This document shows, piece by piece, positions 25,488-39,053 of a stretch of DNA of 64,000 bases; position 1 is the first letter of the stretch; each line of letters starts with the position of its first letter. Where the stretch lies: the NCBI GenBank assembly GCA_030704615.1, contig CM060733.1, forward strand, positions 20,336,001 through 20,400,000, written 5' to 3'. The notes beneath the pieces are model-generated. The model was given only the letters and a program-made list of their open reading frames with translations. It made no database searches and was not told the DNA's origin. Position numbers and translations under genes: made by a program. Source of the DNA: Takakia lepidozioides (Eukaryota; Plantae; Bryophyta).

Positions 25488-27722
25488 ATGGGCAGGGCGG
25501 CGGGGTGTCAAGTTCTTCGGCACACATCCACCATCACCTCAGTTCCTAATGAAGAAAGACGAAAGGCGGAGGAATGGAAGAAGGACACTTGTGGAAGTAG
25601 TGGGTCCGTGAAGACAGTGTGCAAGGAGGTGCGATGGAAGGATGCACTACCCATTTTGGATCTCATGCGGCACCAAGGCATACGGGCATACTCCGATACT
25701 TGTGTTCGTCTCTTGCAGGGGTATGTTCAGACGAATTCCCTGGCAGATTGCAAGAGGGTCCATGCCCACATTATCAGCGCAGGATTCGAGCAAGACATCT
25801 TCCTAGCAAACAATCTTATCAGCATGTATATGAAGTGTGGAAGTGTTGTGGATGCACGCCATGTCTTTAAAAAAATGCCTAAGCGCGATGTGATCTCGTG
25901 GAATGCGATGATTGCAGGATTAGCTCAGCAAGGGCAGGTTGCGGAGGCGTTTGAACTCTTTCGGCAAATGCAACGAGAAGGCGTGAAGCCTGACAAACTC
26001 ACGTTTATTAGCACGCTCAAGGCATGTGTTGGCCCGGCAGCGTTGGAACAGGGCAAGTGGCTCCATGTAGGCATCTCCAGAGCTGGATTCGAGTCAGAGA
26101 TCCGTGTTGGGACTGCTCTTGTAAATATGTATTGCAAGTGTGGGAGTCTGGTGGATGCGCGCCAAGTGTTCCTTAAAATGCCTGAGCGAGATGTAGTTGC
26201 ATGGACATCACTGATTGCGGGATGTGCTCAGCAAGGTCACTGTGAGGAGGGTCATGAACTCTTTCGACAAATGCAGCAAAAAGGAGTGAAGCCAAACAGG
26301 GTAACTTTCATTAGCATCCTTAATGCATGTGTGAGCCCAGCAGCTTTGGAACAGGGCAAGCAGCTCCATGTGGAGATAATGAAAACTGCATTTGGGACAG
26401 ATGTTCGACTTGGGAATGCCCTTGTCAACATGTACTGCAAGTGTGGGAGTGTGATGGATGCACTCCAAGTGTTCTTCAAAATGCCTCAGCGAAATGTGGT
26501 CTCATGGACTGCTATGATTGCAGGATATGCTCAGCATGGTCATGGTGAGGAGGCTTTCAATCTGTTCGAGCAAATGCAATGGGAAGGAGTGAAGCCAAAC
26601 AAAGTGACCTTTATGAGCATCCTCAGCGCCTGTGCCAGGCTTGGGACCCTGACTGACGGCAAGTGGATCCATGCCCACATCATCAAATCTGGATATGAAT
26701 CAGATGTCTGTGTGGGGAATGCGCTCGTTGATATGTACTCCAAGTGTGGGAGTGTGGAAGATGCCCGACTGGTGTTTGATAAAATAATCGAAAGAGATGT
26801 GATCTCGTGGAATGCGATGATTGTAGGATATTCTCAGCATGGCTGTGGTAATGAGGCCCTCCAACTTTATGAACAAATGCAATTAGAAAAGATGACGCCA
26901 GACAATATTACATTTCTTGGTGTTCTCTCTGCATGTAGCAATATGGGCCTTGTGGAGGAAGGCCATCATTACTTCCTCTCTATGGGGCGAGAATACACTA
27001 TCACACCAACAGAAAAGCACTATGGCTGCATGGTTGACCTTCTTGGCCGGGCAGGCCGTTTGGATGAGGCAGAGGACTTCATCAACAACATGCCATTTGA
27101 GCCAAATGTTCCAGTGTGGGGGGCTTTACTTGGTGCCTGCAGAATCCATGGCAAAGTGGACCTAGCAGAACGAGCTGCAGAATGTCTCCTGAAGGTAGAA
27201 CCACAAAATGCCGGAGTATATGTGCTTCTCTCAAATATCTATGCTGCAGCTGGCCGGTGGGATGCTGTAACAAAGGTGAGGAAAGTGATGGAGGACAGAA
27301 ATGTGAGAAAGGAACGAGGGTGCAGCTGGATGGAGGTTAACAAGAAAATACACATGTTTGTTGCAGAAGATAGATCACACCCTCACACACAGGAAATCTA
27401 TGCTGAATTGGAGAGATTGATTGGGCAGATGAAGGAGGCAGGATATGTGCCTGACACTCGCTACGTCTTGCACAATGTGGATGAGGACACAAAGGAACAG
27501 GCTCTCTGCCACCACAGTGAAAAGCTGGCCATTACTTTTGGGCTGATCAGCACTCCTCCTGGAACCGCCGTACGCATCAACAAAAACCTCCGTGTATGTG
27601 GCGACTGCCACACAGCAACCAAGTTTATCTCCAAGATTGTTGGCCGAGAAATTATTGCAAGGGATGCCAACCGGCTTCATCACTTCAAGAATGGGGTGTG
27701 TTCTTGTGGGGATTATTGGTGA
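25488..27722 (+). CDS. PLS-class pentatricopeptide repeat protein with E1/E2/DYW deaminase domain (organellar C-to-U RNA editing factor)
   Basis: Repeated P-L-S triplets (NALVNMYCKCGS..DA..VF..M..RDVVSW.AMI.GY), E domain (VWGALLGACRIHG), HSEKLA, CGDCH and terminal CSCGDYW. The 744-aa ORF is intronless. Confidence 0.98.
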   Translation: MGRAAGCQVLRHTSTITSVPNEERRKAEEWKKDTCGSSGSVKTVCKEVRWKDALPILDLMRHQGIRAYSDTCVRLLQGYVQTNSLADCKRVHAHIISAGFEQDIFLANNLISMYMKCGSVVDARHVFKKMPKRDVISWNAMIAGLAQQGQVAEAFELFRQMQREGVKPDKLTFISTLKACVGPAALEQGKWLHVGISRAGFESEIRVGTALVNMYCKCGSLVDARQVFLKMPERDVVAWTSLIAGCAQQGHCEEGHELFRQMQQKGVKPNRVTFISILNACVSPAALEQGKQLHVEIMKTAFGTDVRLGNALVNMYCKCGSVMDALQVFFKMPQRNVVSWTAMIAGYAQHGHGEEAFNLFEQMQWEGVKPNKVTFMSILSACARLGTLTDGKWIHAHIIKSGYESDVCVGNALVDMYSKCGSVEDARLVFDKIIERDVISWNAMIVGYSQHGCGNEALQLYEQMQLEKMTPDNITFLGVLSACSNMGLVEEGHHYFLSMGREYTITPTEKHYGCMVDLLGRAGRLDEAEDFINNMPFEPNVPVWGALLGACRIHGKVDLAERAAECLLKVEPQNAGVYVLLSNIYAAAGRWDAVTKVRKVMEDRNVRKERGCSWMEVNKKIHMFVAEDRSHPHTQEIYAELERLIGQMKEAGYVPDTRYVLHNVDEDTKEQALCHHSEKLAITFGLISTPPGTAVRINKNLRVCGDCHTATKFISKIVGREIIARDANRLHHFKNGVCSCGDYW

Positions 27723-29740
27723 TGGCGAACATAGAATTACAACTTGTTGGTGCCTTCTGTGCAGTTTAAATGGATTTGCTTGTCTATGATGAGGAGTTCC
27801 TTCCACATCCTATTTTGTATGGCGCATCAAGTCATTCACCTAAAAGCCAAGGTGTGAGAAGAAGCAACATATCTATCCATCTTGAGGATGGAGCCTGCAC
27901 CCTGCCTTCTTTGATCTTCTGAGCATGAGCATCCATTGGCGCAGGTTGGTGGCACATACTCTCAGCCCTGCCTGCAGAATTCTGAAGGTTTGGATAGAAA
28001 GCTCTAAATCAATGGTCCCTTTGTGCATGAACATGCAGCTATTCAAAAACTTTCTTCCTCTTCACCAGCATTTACAGTTGAAAAGGAACAGCCAAATCAC
28101 ACATGTAGATTTCCATTTATATCCATCCCTGGGGGGTGGAGTGTAGGCAAATGTGGAAATCACCATGAGAGACAAAGGTGGCAATTACACATCATTGAGT
28201 TATTCACTGTGAAATGGAAATATCACACATAAACCTGTTGGTAACTACCAGGTGGAGCTTATTGATACAGCAGCTGTCACGCTCAATCGTCGATGAAGAG
28301 GCTGATTGTCCCCTAGACACCCAGCCCAGACTCTTGAGCACCAGAAAGGTAACAGCACTGCATCATTACTTACACGCAATATAATGCATGGATCAAAGGG
28401 CTTTCTTTCCACATAGGCCCTAGTATCTCTTTCCTAAACCGTATCTCTCTGCATCTATCAGGAAGTCAACCCAAAACTGACCAAGAAAAAGAAATAGGTT
28501 ACTTCTAAATGTTCACCTGTGAGCCCATGCAATAGTAAAGTGTGACAAGGAGCTGAAAATCACATGGGCCATCTCTGTGGCTAAATGGCTACAGTAGTTT
28601 ATGTTGCTAGCTCTCACACCCAAGACAATCTTCTGCTATAACTGGACATACTATGAGTTCGAGTGACTCTATTCAGACGTGGACTCTGAGAGTCTGTTTC
28701 CTTCAAGCTGTTTTCTTTCCTCCAAGTTTGCCACAAGTGTTTAAATGATCAGAACCAAGCTCCATATAATAGCAGGGGCAGTTCCTTGATGGGAGGCCCT
28801 CTAGAACTTGATAGAACTCCCTCTTCTTCTAACCCCTTTCCCGCCGTGGCAGCGCACCTACAGCTTTCCCTTCACTTGACATGGATTTAGGTCTTGTCTT
28901 CTAGTGTTTGCTTGCTTTTCCATGCATTCGCGTCCCATAGAAAGTTGTTTTCTTTCTTTCTCCTTTTGCTATAGGCCCTTAGCTCTTGTGGATGCAATCA
29001 CTTCTTGGTCAAAGAGTGTTTAGCAGGAACAGTGGTTGTACTAACCAACTTAAACGAAAAGCCAGCAACACCTAAAAGCCAAGAGAGAGTGAGCAGAAGC
29101 CCTTGAACTCCAGTGCCTCACCCTGAAAGCGAAAGTGCCAAGCCCAAGATATTGGAAGTCTGGGAAAGCAGCACCAGCCAGACAGCTCTATCTCTGCATG
29201 AGGCACATCATGCATCGTTTAGGGCTTCATTGGTTATTTTGTTTGTGTTGTTTGACTGCCCCGGGCCTCCCAGTGGACCAATAAGATTCTCTTTTGAGTA
29301 GTTCTTTGGTTTCATTTCATTTCTGTACCTTTTGGGCCTCCTGGAAAGTGAGATGGTTCAACCTCTGAAAAATTATTATGGGGTGTCAACCATTTTCTAC
29401 AACCCTGGTAATCTCTTTTTACTAACTGTAGGACAGAACTTGTGATACAGTTGCAGACAGACAGGGCGTACCAGACAAGCTCAATGAGGGAGCCAGTCAG
29501 CAGGGACCATATAAGATGCTTATTAGATATCAGACACAAGTATAGAGGATATCCTATGCATGGAGCACCTTCAACATCATACTAGTGAAAACTTGGCACC
29601 TAGAACTCTAAATCAGCAGGTGAGTTGGGCCAGAATCTTGAGTTCATGCAACTTGATGTTTATTCCATACCCAGTGAGGCCAACAAAACATGCATTTATT
29701 TTTTGAACTTCAATTATTGATTGCCAAAGGGTTGAACCCA

Positions 29741-29806
29741 AATCTATGGAGCTCCCGCTCCAATCTATGGAGCTCCCGCTCCAATCTATGGAGCTCCTGC
29801 TCCATA
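29741..29806. repeat. 21-bp tandem repeat x3 (CAATCTATGGAGCTCCCGCTC)
   Basis: Three consecutive copies; the last is followed by CATAG, which can pair with CTATG. Confidence 0.85.
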
Positions 29807-30259
29807 GGGCTCATTGAATCTTTTCTCCGGAGGTCTCATGCCTCTTGACAGACACTAACTAAAGATCAGTTACAATTCTCTTTAAGCAGACGTGACCAGT
29901 TTCATGCACAAATACATTCTCCTGATTATCAAGCACAATGCACGACTGTTGACGATTCGACTAGGAGGTTCATTTGATGTGAGGTCAGAGTCTGCTCTTG
30001 GGAGCCTCCTTCCTAGAAAAGGTTGCTGGATTTGCTTTTGGGAAAAGCAGTTTTTCATCTGTCCGAATAGAGGGATGCATAGGAGCTGAATCTCATATTG
30101 AGCTCACATCTCCGTGAGGCAATTCTTAACCAGTATGCCAATGATTCAAGCGTGAATCTTTGCAGGAGAAAACAAGTGAAAGATAACACATTTGAAGAGG
30201 AGCTCTTGACTCGCCTCTGAATGCTTCTAATATGACTGGAGGTAGCCCATCATATTGTG

Positions 30260-33200
30260 TCACTGGCCCTTCCTTTCTGCCAGTCGTAACTCCTCCTCCA
30301 ATTGGGAAACGAATACCTCCACCAATGGTTCGTATTTTGCTGCTTTCCGAAGAACCTCCAAAGCCTCAGTTTTGTAGCCCTCTTGGCTCAAGGCACTGCA
30401 TCATAACCACAACCCCAACAACTAAGAGAGACCACAGAAAAAACAACTGAAAGAACTGCAAAGTGTGATGTCCAAACATGCAGTAGCTACGCACAAACAG
30501 TTTCCAGGTACAAAGGTCCCAAAAGTTTCGTGCCTGCCCAGTGTAACTAGAGCTCGAAAGTAACGGTGTCGTGACTGGGCATCATTGGGCACATCCAGCT
30601 TGGTTATGGTAGACATGGCCTGAATTGCCTCTATCTTCCTTCCCTGCAATTCCAAGCCAAACAACAACAGGACACTTCACGATCAGAACAATAGACTGCC
30701 GGAGCCAACAAGTTCTAAGCCTCTGCAAATCGTGTGCTTCTACCAAAGATTAATGAGGAGTTATTCACCATATGTAGAATAGGTGGGAGCGGAGGGAGGT
30801 ACTCCTGATAAAGCATGTGGGATACTTCTGTTGGTATATCACAGAGCTGCTCTGTTGCATTCTGCAGATTTACACCCATTTCGTCGATTTAGAAAGAAAC
30901 TACAACATAATCTGTACTTGCACGCCCTTGTGGCTGTGTGCACATGCAGTTGTGTCTGAGAAAGACCTGATTGAAAAGCGCCACTCCAGCTCCTAGGGAT
31001 GCAGCAATATAGAGCCCATCCTCCTTGCTCTGTAAAAACGACATAGATCAGATACTCATCTACTCTCAAGGTGACAGTGCCATGTCGCAATCCATAACTC
31101 AAATGGCAACAACATTGAGAAAAAAGAAGAGCTCATTACTTACAGCACTGGGTGCAAGAGGAATACCTTCCCTGATGCAAGTCCATAATATTTTGAGGCT
31201 TCAGGCCACTGCTTCCGCTCAATGTACATCTTCCCCAAAGCAAGGAATGCTTCTGCAAACTCAGGATATTTCTCCACAGTATAGCTGCATAAGAAAATAT
31301 GAGAACAGGTGAATGAGTAAACCCATTATCAGCCTTAGACCTATGACTGAGTCTTCACTTACGAACCTCAACACAAGCCACACATACTCATCAGAGCTTG
31401 ACCAAGTTTGTTCCCAAAAGAAGTCGAGCACAACTAGGGTGAGAATGTCCTCACTGTAGAGCTTGAAGAGCTTCTTCCCCCCGTCCCTCAGCCACATGCT
31501 TTGCTGCCAGCTGCCAGTAGGAGACATCTTAATAAAGGGAAGATGCAAGACGGGCCAACAGAGCAATGCAGTGAAGTATGAGCAAATTTGAGAGACAATT
31601 GCAAATGGACAGCAGACAACCTCCCAGATCATGGACCACCCTGCTAAAGCTCCAGCCTTTGCAGGTGCATACTGAGCCTACCTCACTTTGCTGTCAGACT
31701 AAGAGGTGTCATAGAGTTCACCAGCCCTACTCTAAAAGGAACCACACCTGCCAGTATGCATACTTCTTCAAATTTCAAATTTCTCTTTTCACTCTGGCCC
31801 CCTAGCCCCCTGCCCAGTAGCTTGCAAGCCTTCTTGTCTTCACTTCTGAGGGGCTCTTATCACATACCACAAGGAGGGCCTCCGGACCCATCATTTCAAC
31901 AGCCTCCCTTTCCAAGGGCCTTGTCTGGGGAGGACTCCGTAGTTTGGCCAGCTCTGATAATGATGGTAGGCCCAGCTTCTGACGAACTTGTGGCTGGCGC
32001 AATGCTATTGTCTGTGTGAATCACAGAATACCAGGCCTCAATGACACAACTGGTAGCAGAACAAGGAAGGAGAAGTGAGCAAGAGGTAGGTGAAAGAGCG
32101 CGGGGACAGAAGGACAGGCCAAAACCAAAAGTGACACGAGTCCGGACACATAGGTAGACAATATAGAATATACTCATAAGACGTTGTTTGCCGCAGCCTT
32201 GTGGGGTAGACAATATAGAGACTGTCTTGCTGACAAAACACATGGAAACTTTCTCAGACAAGCAGCAGAACAGATGACAAAGACATTGGAGCACACCTTG
32301 ACATCAACACAGTAGAATGAGGAGAATACCTGAGCAAGACTGCAGCAATTGTTGGTAAGCCAGTACATGAACACACCCTGCCCACATACACTCCTCTAAG
32401 TCAGTGAAGCATTGCCCTCCTCTGAAAGTTAAACAACACCCGATCATTCACCATCAAGGGCATAAATCTAAACACTTACTATAGCTAGCATCTGCAACTA
32501 TCTCCCAGAAACAGCACAAACATCTTGAACACCAACAAGCATCCTTAAGACTCTTAACTGTAAACCTGTCTTCTTTCATCTCCTTTTTTTGGCAATTTAG
32601 TTCTAAATGAAATTAGCTAGAAACACAAATCTACACAGAGAAGGGAGACAAAATCACACGTAAAACTCCTATGACAAACAGAACTTGAAGAAACGACAAC
32701 AACTGCACATTGTACCTGGGGAAGGTAAAAACCGACTAAGAACGCAGGGACAGCGGCTGCCTCTAGCCACCACTTGTAAAACTGGTTTCACATAGCCACC
32801 ACTATCAACAACCGCCTAGTAGCTCCTTCAACAAGAGGACCTCCCAAAGTGTTGCAAACAAGCTGAATATACTCAAAAGCATATACGCAGGAAGATGAGA
32901 TACTAGTAAGACCTGGAAGTCAAGAAAGGTTACCTTCATGAGAGTAGCCATAACACCTGGTTGAAGTTCTATGCCCCTGAATGATATCTACTGTTGTAAC
33001 GCCCCACCCCATTGACAATGGCATCGAAACAACATCAATAAAGATTAGGTTGATTACAAATAGGATCACAAGTTCGGGCAATAGCACAAGATACGAAACA
33101 AGGAAAGAGCAAGGTATCTTTCACCACTGCGTTCTTACACTCTCTCTCTCTCATCTCTTCCTGGTTCAGCCCTTTCCTGAAAAGCAAGACAAGCCACAAA

Positions 33201-35803
33201 AACCACTAGGACTATGAAGATCACCTGCAGATTGGCAAAGTAAGTAACAGCCACGAGGGTTGGGAAAAGGGCGCCCAGTGCACCTTGCACTGGCATCGTC
33301 AAATCCACAAACCAAAGAGTGCCTCCCTGCCAATCACAGCATCCATCAACCCCCCTCCCTCCTTTGTCATTCAAATTACATGCCACTCCTTTAATTCTGC
33401 ATACCTATTACTGGCACCAACTCTAGCTTTTAACCATGATCAACACACTCAAGTAAACTGAGAGTGAAATGATTCTGGTCACACAGATTATTGATTTTGC
33501 TATGTTTGAGTAGCCTGAAGCTTCTGAATGCTTGTGACTAGACTACAAAAACAGCACAATGCCCCAAGAAAGGTGAAAACATCCACCATAAAGACTATTT
33601 ATTAGTTTACCAAAAGTCATATTGTATCAACCACTACAACACGTAAACAAGAAAACTAAATCTTGCCATTGAGCAGCATGGCAACTTACAAAATCAAAGC
33701 CAGGATGCGGAGCCATTGCCATTTGCCGAACCGCTACAATCGATGAAATGAATAAAGGTACCTGTACTTTGAAGTTCCAGTGAGACCTTCTAAAGTAATT
33801 GCAGGTTCATCAAACTGTGGCAGAAAAGTTGTAGGTTAAAACCATCTAGACTGCTAAACTGAAGTTCCTTTGCTTTAACTGTGGTAAAAGAATGTTGATT
33901 TTGTTATTTTGTTTTCAATGGGCACAAAAACTTAAATCCTAAGACTCATTTCAGCCATCATTTCAAGCCATGAACAGTTTTACACAACTATCACCATAAC
34001 AGAAGAGCATTTGCAAGGAAGAAAGGAAAGAAAACCCCACTTGGATGATTGGTACAGCAATAAGCCAGGCTAGGCTGGGTGCCCCAAGCTCAAGGCGCCG
34101 CTGGGTGAAGATGCGGTACTGCTCAGCTATGCTCTTGCCAGAGCCAGGAGCAGGCACTGGAGATGGCACTGCAGTCCCATCAAAAGTCATTATACACAAG
34201 AGCATACAATGCCTTCCTGAAACATTCCCTCCTTGAGTTTTTCATTGGTGGAAGTGAAGCTTCTGTCCTACAGAACAACTCCTGCTACTTCTGAAATGAG
34301 ATTACACATTTCTCTTACTCATTATTTCCTGGGCTGGCACTCCCAAGCAGTGACTGACTTTGGAGATACACAGAAAGAAAATGCCAGCTTTCACATCTAG
34401 AGCACCTAAATGTGTAGAGTCATATGAAGGTCACTATGACCATTAGGAGTGATATGGCATTGAATCAATAACTGCTTTTATAAAGAGCCAACGCCTGGTA
34501 ATGGTTGATACCATCACATACAATCAACTGAGGCAACACCGAAAGAAAATGAAGGGCTTCTGTCACTCACGCTGACTTCCAAGACGTGCCAGTACTGATG
34601 CTTTCTGAAGCTGGGTAACGGTTAAGGGAAACAGAGCTGCCCGTAACACCAAGGTGGAGCCAATGATTGTGAGCCACCTGGGTTATTAAATGGCAGCAAA
34701 AGACACCAAAAGAATAATATTAGTTGAATACAGACGTATTGGACTAAAACCGCTTTCCTTTTACCAATAGCTAGACATACAGAAAGTATCAACTTATGAA
34801 GTCGGTTGCATCAATCTCAGATCTAATCAACCACCAAAAAACAAACCATGCTGCATAGTGGAGAAGTCTTGCGTGAATGAAATTCTAGTAAATCCCACAT
34901 CCTTGTATGACGAAGCATGAAAACATCACAAGGAGCCTCGCAAGGCACCCTGGATCCGGCAAGGACACTGTCGTGGAGCTTGGAAACGTAGCTACCACAT
35001 GAGAACTCTCTATCATAGTCCCAAGACAAGCTTTGGAGAGACAAATGAAATGAAATGATACAAAGAGAGGAAACAGAGACCCACCAGGGTACTCCTGTAG
35101 TACTGTGAATTCCATCCAACGTAGCAATTACCATATCCACAGGAGCTTGTAAAATGCGCCATGTGGTACTACCTGCTGTCTCCATAACTAAACCTTCATT
35201 TGCTGACTCCCTCACGCTGTCCAGAACTTGTCCATCCTGCCATGTGGCACCCACTGACCCGCCTTCACCCTCCGATTTGCAATCAAATGGATCCAATCCC
35301 AGTCTTTCTCCTGATTGCAAAGAGTTGCTCTCAGAGGATTCCACAGACAATTCGTCATATCCCTCAGAGAGAACCTTCGGTGAGTCCTCGCCATCGCTTC
35401 TCGCAACAGAACCAGACAGTTCGCTTTCAAGCTGCGGGCCGTGGGTATAACTACCCTCATTCTCTCGACCAGTGGAGTCGCTGCCCACCCCAAATCTCCA
35501 CCATGAGAATTGCCTCACAGTATTCACTGTTCCAGGAATCCCTCCAATAGCACAGCTGCTACGGATCATAGAATTGCAGCTAAAGAGAGGCTGTAATCCG
35601 ATCGAATCCCACGCCAATGACGGATTGAAGCGAGACGAGATTGAGCCGCCACAGTTGGAGAAATCTGTAGAAAACAACTTAGGATCGTTCCCCACAGAAA
35701 CGGAAGAAACTGAGAAAATGGAAGCAACTGAGAAAGAAGGCCGTTTCAGAGAGTATCGATGGATAGAAGAAACAAGGGCCCGACGAGCAATCGATGAACC
35801 CAT
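30260..35803 (-). CDS. OXA2: Mitochondrial YidC/Oxa1/Alb3-family insertase with helical/TPR-like C-terminus (OXA2 / ALBINO3-like 2/3 type), multi-exon
   Basis: N-terminal R/S-rich presequence. Exons encode LDGIHSTTGVPWW (to 35085), LTIIGSTLVLRAALFPLTVTQ (34677-34571), PSPVPAPGSGKSIAEQYRIF..GAPSLAWL, VPLFISSIVAVRQMAMAPHPGFD, GGTLWFVDLT..GALGALFP, FYKWWLEAAAVPAF..LPQ and GVFMYWLTNN. The final exon reads ...EALEVLRKAAKYEP...ERKGQ* with the stop at 30260-30262. Some C-terminal exon boundaries were not resolved. Confidence 0.88.
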
Positions 35804-36456
35804 TGCCCTGCATGCCCACTAAAGTTCCTTAAACCTTAAACCCTCAACCCTAGACCATTGGGAGCGCACAAAGCATGCCTCTACTACTATCAGATGTGTC
35901 GGATTGAGAGAGAAAGCAACACATCGATTACGGAGAATGACACCTGCACCGCAGAAGTGAATGTGTAAGGTGATCTGCACTGAGAATTAAACAAGCTCAA
36001 TTGAAGCTCTTCCAATGCCCCGAACCCCAAGTCGTTCAGTAAAGAAAAGTTTTTCATGCATTCCATGCTTGTAAATTCACAAGAGAGATGCACATCAGCA
36101 CTACAAAACCAATCGATCCGGCATTGGGGGAAGGGAAGCTCGGCAAGAAAGAGAGCTCCTCCTCCTCTGTGGTGCTAACTGGAAAGGTACTAACTAACTG
36201 GACGACCGATTTTATGTGGAGTCGCTAACTAACTGCTTTCGCTAACTAAGTGGATTTCGCTAACTAATTGGATGTATGTAATAACTAGCGGGGAATCGTT
36301 AAGTAACCAACTCAGCAGAGGATAGCTTCGGCGTGAGAATGATGAGGTTTGGAAAGTGGATAACGTCTGAATATCCGAGCCTCCCAGGTTCGGGGGTGGA
36401 ATTGAGAGAGACGAGCTTTGAGGAACTTGAGGGAGAGCTGTTCAGTCTTCGCTGCC

Positions 36457-38295
36457 ATGGCCGCCATGGCGCTAGCCACTCTGCCGTCCTCCCCATCCCT
36501 TGCTTTCTGTGCAAATGCTACTTGTTTTGTAGAGAAAGGATGCAGTCGGAATAGGGTTTCTCTCAAATCGTCGCTGCTGCGAAGGTTGCAACGGCTATGC
36601 CCGGAGTCCCGGTTTTCCTATGGCCCTGCATTGGATTGTTCGAGAAGGAGGGGCGCTTGGCGGAGTCCCTCTGCTCTCTTCGGTGGGATAAACTTCCTTT
36701 CAGATGGTTTTTTGGAATAATTTCGTTGTGAATGTTGTCTGAATTGGTAGACCTCGGGGGTGATTCATTTGAACACCGTCACAATCATCTGTCTACAATT
36801 CAAGCATACTAGGCTTCATACAGTAGATTTATGTATTGTAAATGGCAGACGATGCATAGTCATTGTGATGGTAACTCTTCATCTAAAGACATTGCATTTG
36901 GAGGGAGGGTGCCCATGGCTGGGCATTTGCTGGAAAAGAGCTCACTACTGAATCAGTTATCTCTGCAAAAGACATTGGAGTGGCTGCGAGGACATAGAAC
37001 ATGTTCAGAGTGGTTGTTTTGAATGTAGACTGAGGAGTGGGCTGCAGGACACATTTCTCATGTAGGGCCTCAACTTTAGTTTTTCTTTTCCAACTAAAAG
37101 AACCTTGCAAGGGATGAAGGACTCGATCTTGGACAGCTGTAGGGTTAGGTTGGTTATGTTCGCAAGTGATCTAAGGACTATGCCCATGATCATACTAAGT
37201 TGGTGTTGTTTTGGTTTCTTGAAGGATTGTAGGGGATAAGGGCGGTGGTGAAGGAAAGAAAGATGAGAAAAAGTTCATAACCAAGGAGCAAGAACCTGAA
37301 CAGTGAGCACCTCACTCCCCTTGTGTGAATATGACGAATGGTCGGGTCTTCTTCAATAGGGTTTATGGGTGGATCTGCATTACCTGTGGTGGAGTGACCG
37401 GATGAAGGTTTTATTATTAGGGCTGGATGCAATAGAAACTGCGAGTCAAGTAGACCCCGCAGCTGGTCTGAAGGAAGCATCCCGTGTCGGGGATCAGGTT
37501 ATTTACCCTCCCAGACTTAGTTGTGGGGTTAATTGACCTGGGTCAAGGAACTTACTCTGCGAAGTGCTCATGCACACTACCAATTGGTCCAATTATGGTC
37601 CAATTATAGGACATTGAATTTGTACCTAAGTTTGATATGTACAGTACTCTAAAGTGCATGGTATCTGCACCCCGCACTGGTATTGCAGCCCTACTCTTGA
37701 TGTTACAAATGTCGCTGCATTTGCAATCAATCACATTGTAGGAGAAAGGGCAGAAGGTATACTACGAGAGAGAAATTTGATTCTCTGAGAGGGATGTGTT
37801 GGGGCTTTTAGCCCACCAATGATTTAAAACCAGAACTGATATAGCAATTTCACACAACATGATAGCAATCCGGTTACAGGAACCTCTGTTGCTACAAGAT
37901 CTGGCATTGACATCATACTCCATAGCATGATACTGAATCCAAGTCTTCTACTGTAACACATGCGACAATGTAGCTGTGTTTGTAATGCTATAACACCATC
38001 ACAAGAAGGCAGAATGTGTTTAGCATGTGGCTGCTGTGATGGCACTTTCAGGCTCATTGTCTGGACCAGAGGGATGATGCACTGTTACAGAGAAAGAGAA
38101 AGTGTGTGTACTAGTGAATTCACTGAATCATACACATCCGGTGCTTGCAGGTACTGGCAGACAGCAGATGAGAAGGATGGCAAGAATCCAATGCAGAGCC
38201 CTTTGGCCTACATGGCTATCTTGGGGTTGCTCACTCCTTTTGCCATTCTAGCAGTTGCATTTGCAAATAACTGGATTAAGATTCCAGTGCGATGA
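36457..38295 (+). CDS. Small conserved plastid-targeted protein with one C-terminal TM helix, 3 exons
   Basis: Exon 36457-36682 is an A/S/R-rich transit-peptide-like segment. Exon 37233-37302 encodes GDKGGGEGKKDEKKFITKEQEPEQ. Exon 38151-38295 encodes YWQTADEKDGKNPMQSPLAYMAILGLLTPFAILAVAFANNWIKIPVR. Splice phases are consistent, and the C-terminus resembles a conserved uncharacterised land-plant family as I recall it. Confidence 0.8.
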
Positions 38296-39053
38296 ACAGA
38301 AAGGTAACAGTGTTTGGATGTGTGCAAAGGCACTTGGTTGCATTGGGCTTATATGAATCTCTTGGTTCAGGTCTGGGTCACTAGTCCAGAGTGTTTAAAA
38401 TTGATTGCATGGCAGTAGGTATGCCGCCATGAAGGCCCTAACCAATACAGAAGGCAACAGCCTCGTTGCTGTCATGAGCCCCCCTCAAGGTTTTTATGAC
38501 TAGCTTGTGTATCCTCTCTTTATCATGTGCAGCATAGGTTGTCACGAATGGCTCATATTGACCTGGTGACCTTGTCTGATACTTGACACTGGTAAAAATT
38601 TGTTGACTGGAAAAAATTTGTTGCTGTCGTCACAAATGAGAGTGGGAGGCTAGACTATGCATTTTAATGGTTTGGATGATCAGGGTCAATGCGACTCACT
38701 GTTGTCAATTTAGTTGCACCAGATCCAATCCCATTTGAGAATCAAGATACTTCCACATGGTTCATATAAATCGCCGACATAGCTGACATATTGTGAAGCA
38801 GGAGGTGACCAACTACTTGCATAGCTGATGAGCTTAACAAAGTGCACATTTCCCTGAAGTTACTTTACTCACCCTTGAAGCGCACCAAATTTCAAAGCAC
38901 TTGAGTCTTGCCCCTTTCTGAAAACATCTGCCTAGGACCATGTGTCAATCCATGAGATAAATTACCAAGAGTAGGTATGATGTGCTGTCAATTATGCCAT
39001 CAGTCAATTACATCCATGTTGTGTAGTTGGATGTCAAGTATACGGGTCTCTTA

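Noticed and set aside
27040-27722. U-to-C (DYW:KP/GRP-type) editing domain
   Set aside because: It has canonical HSEKLA and a DYW terminus, consistent with the ordinary C-to-U type.
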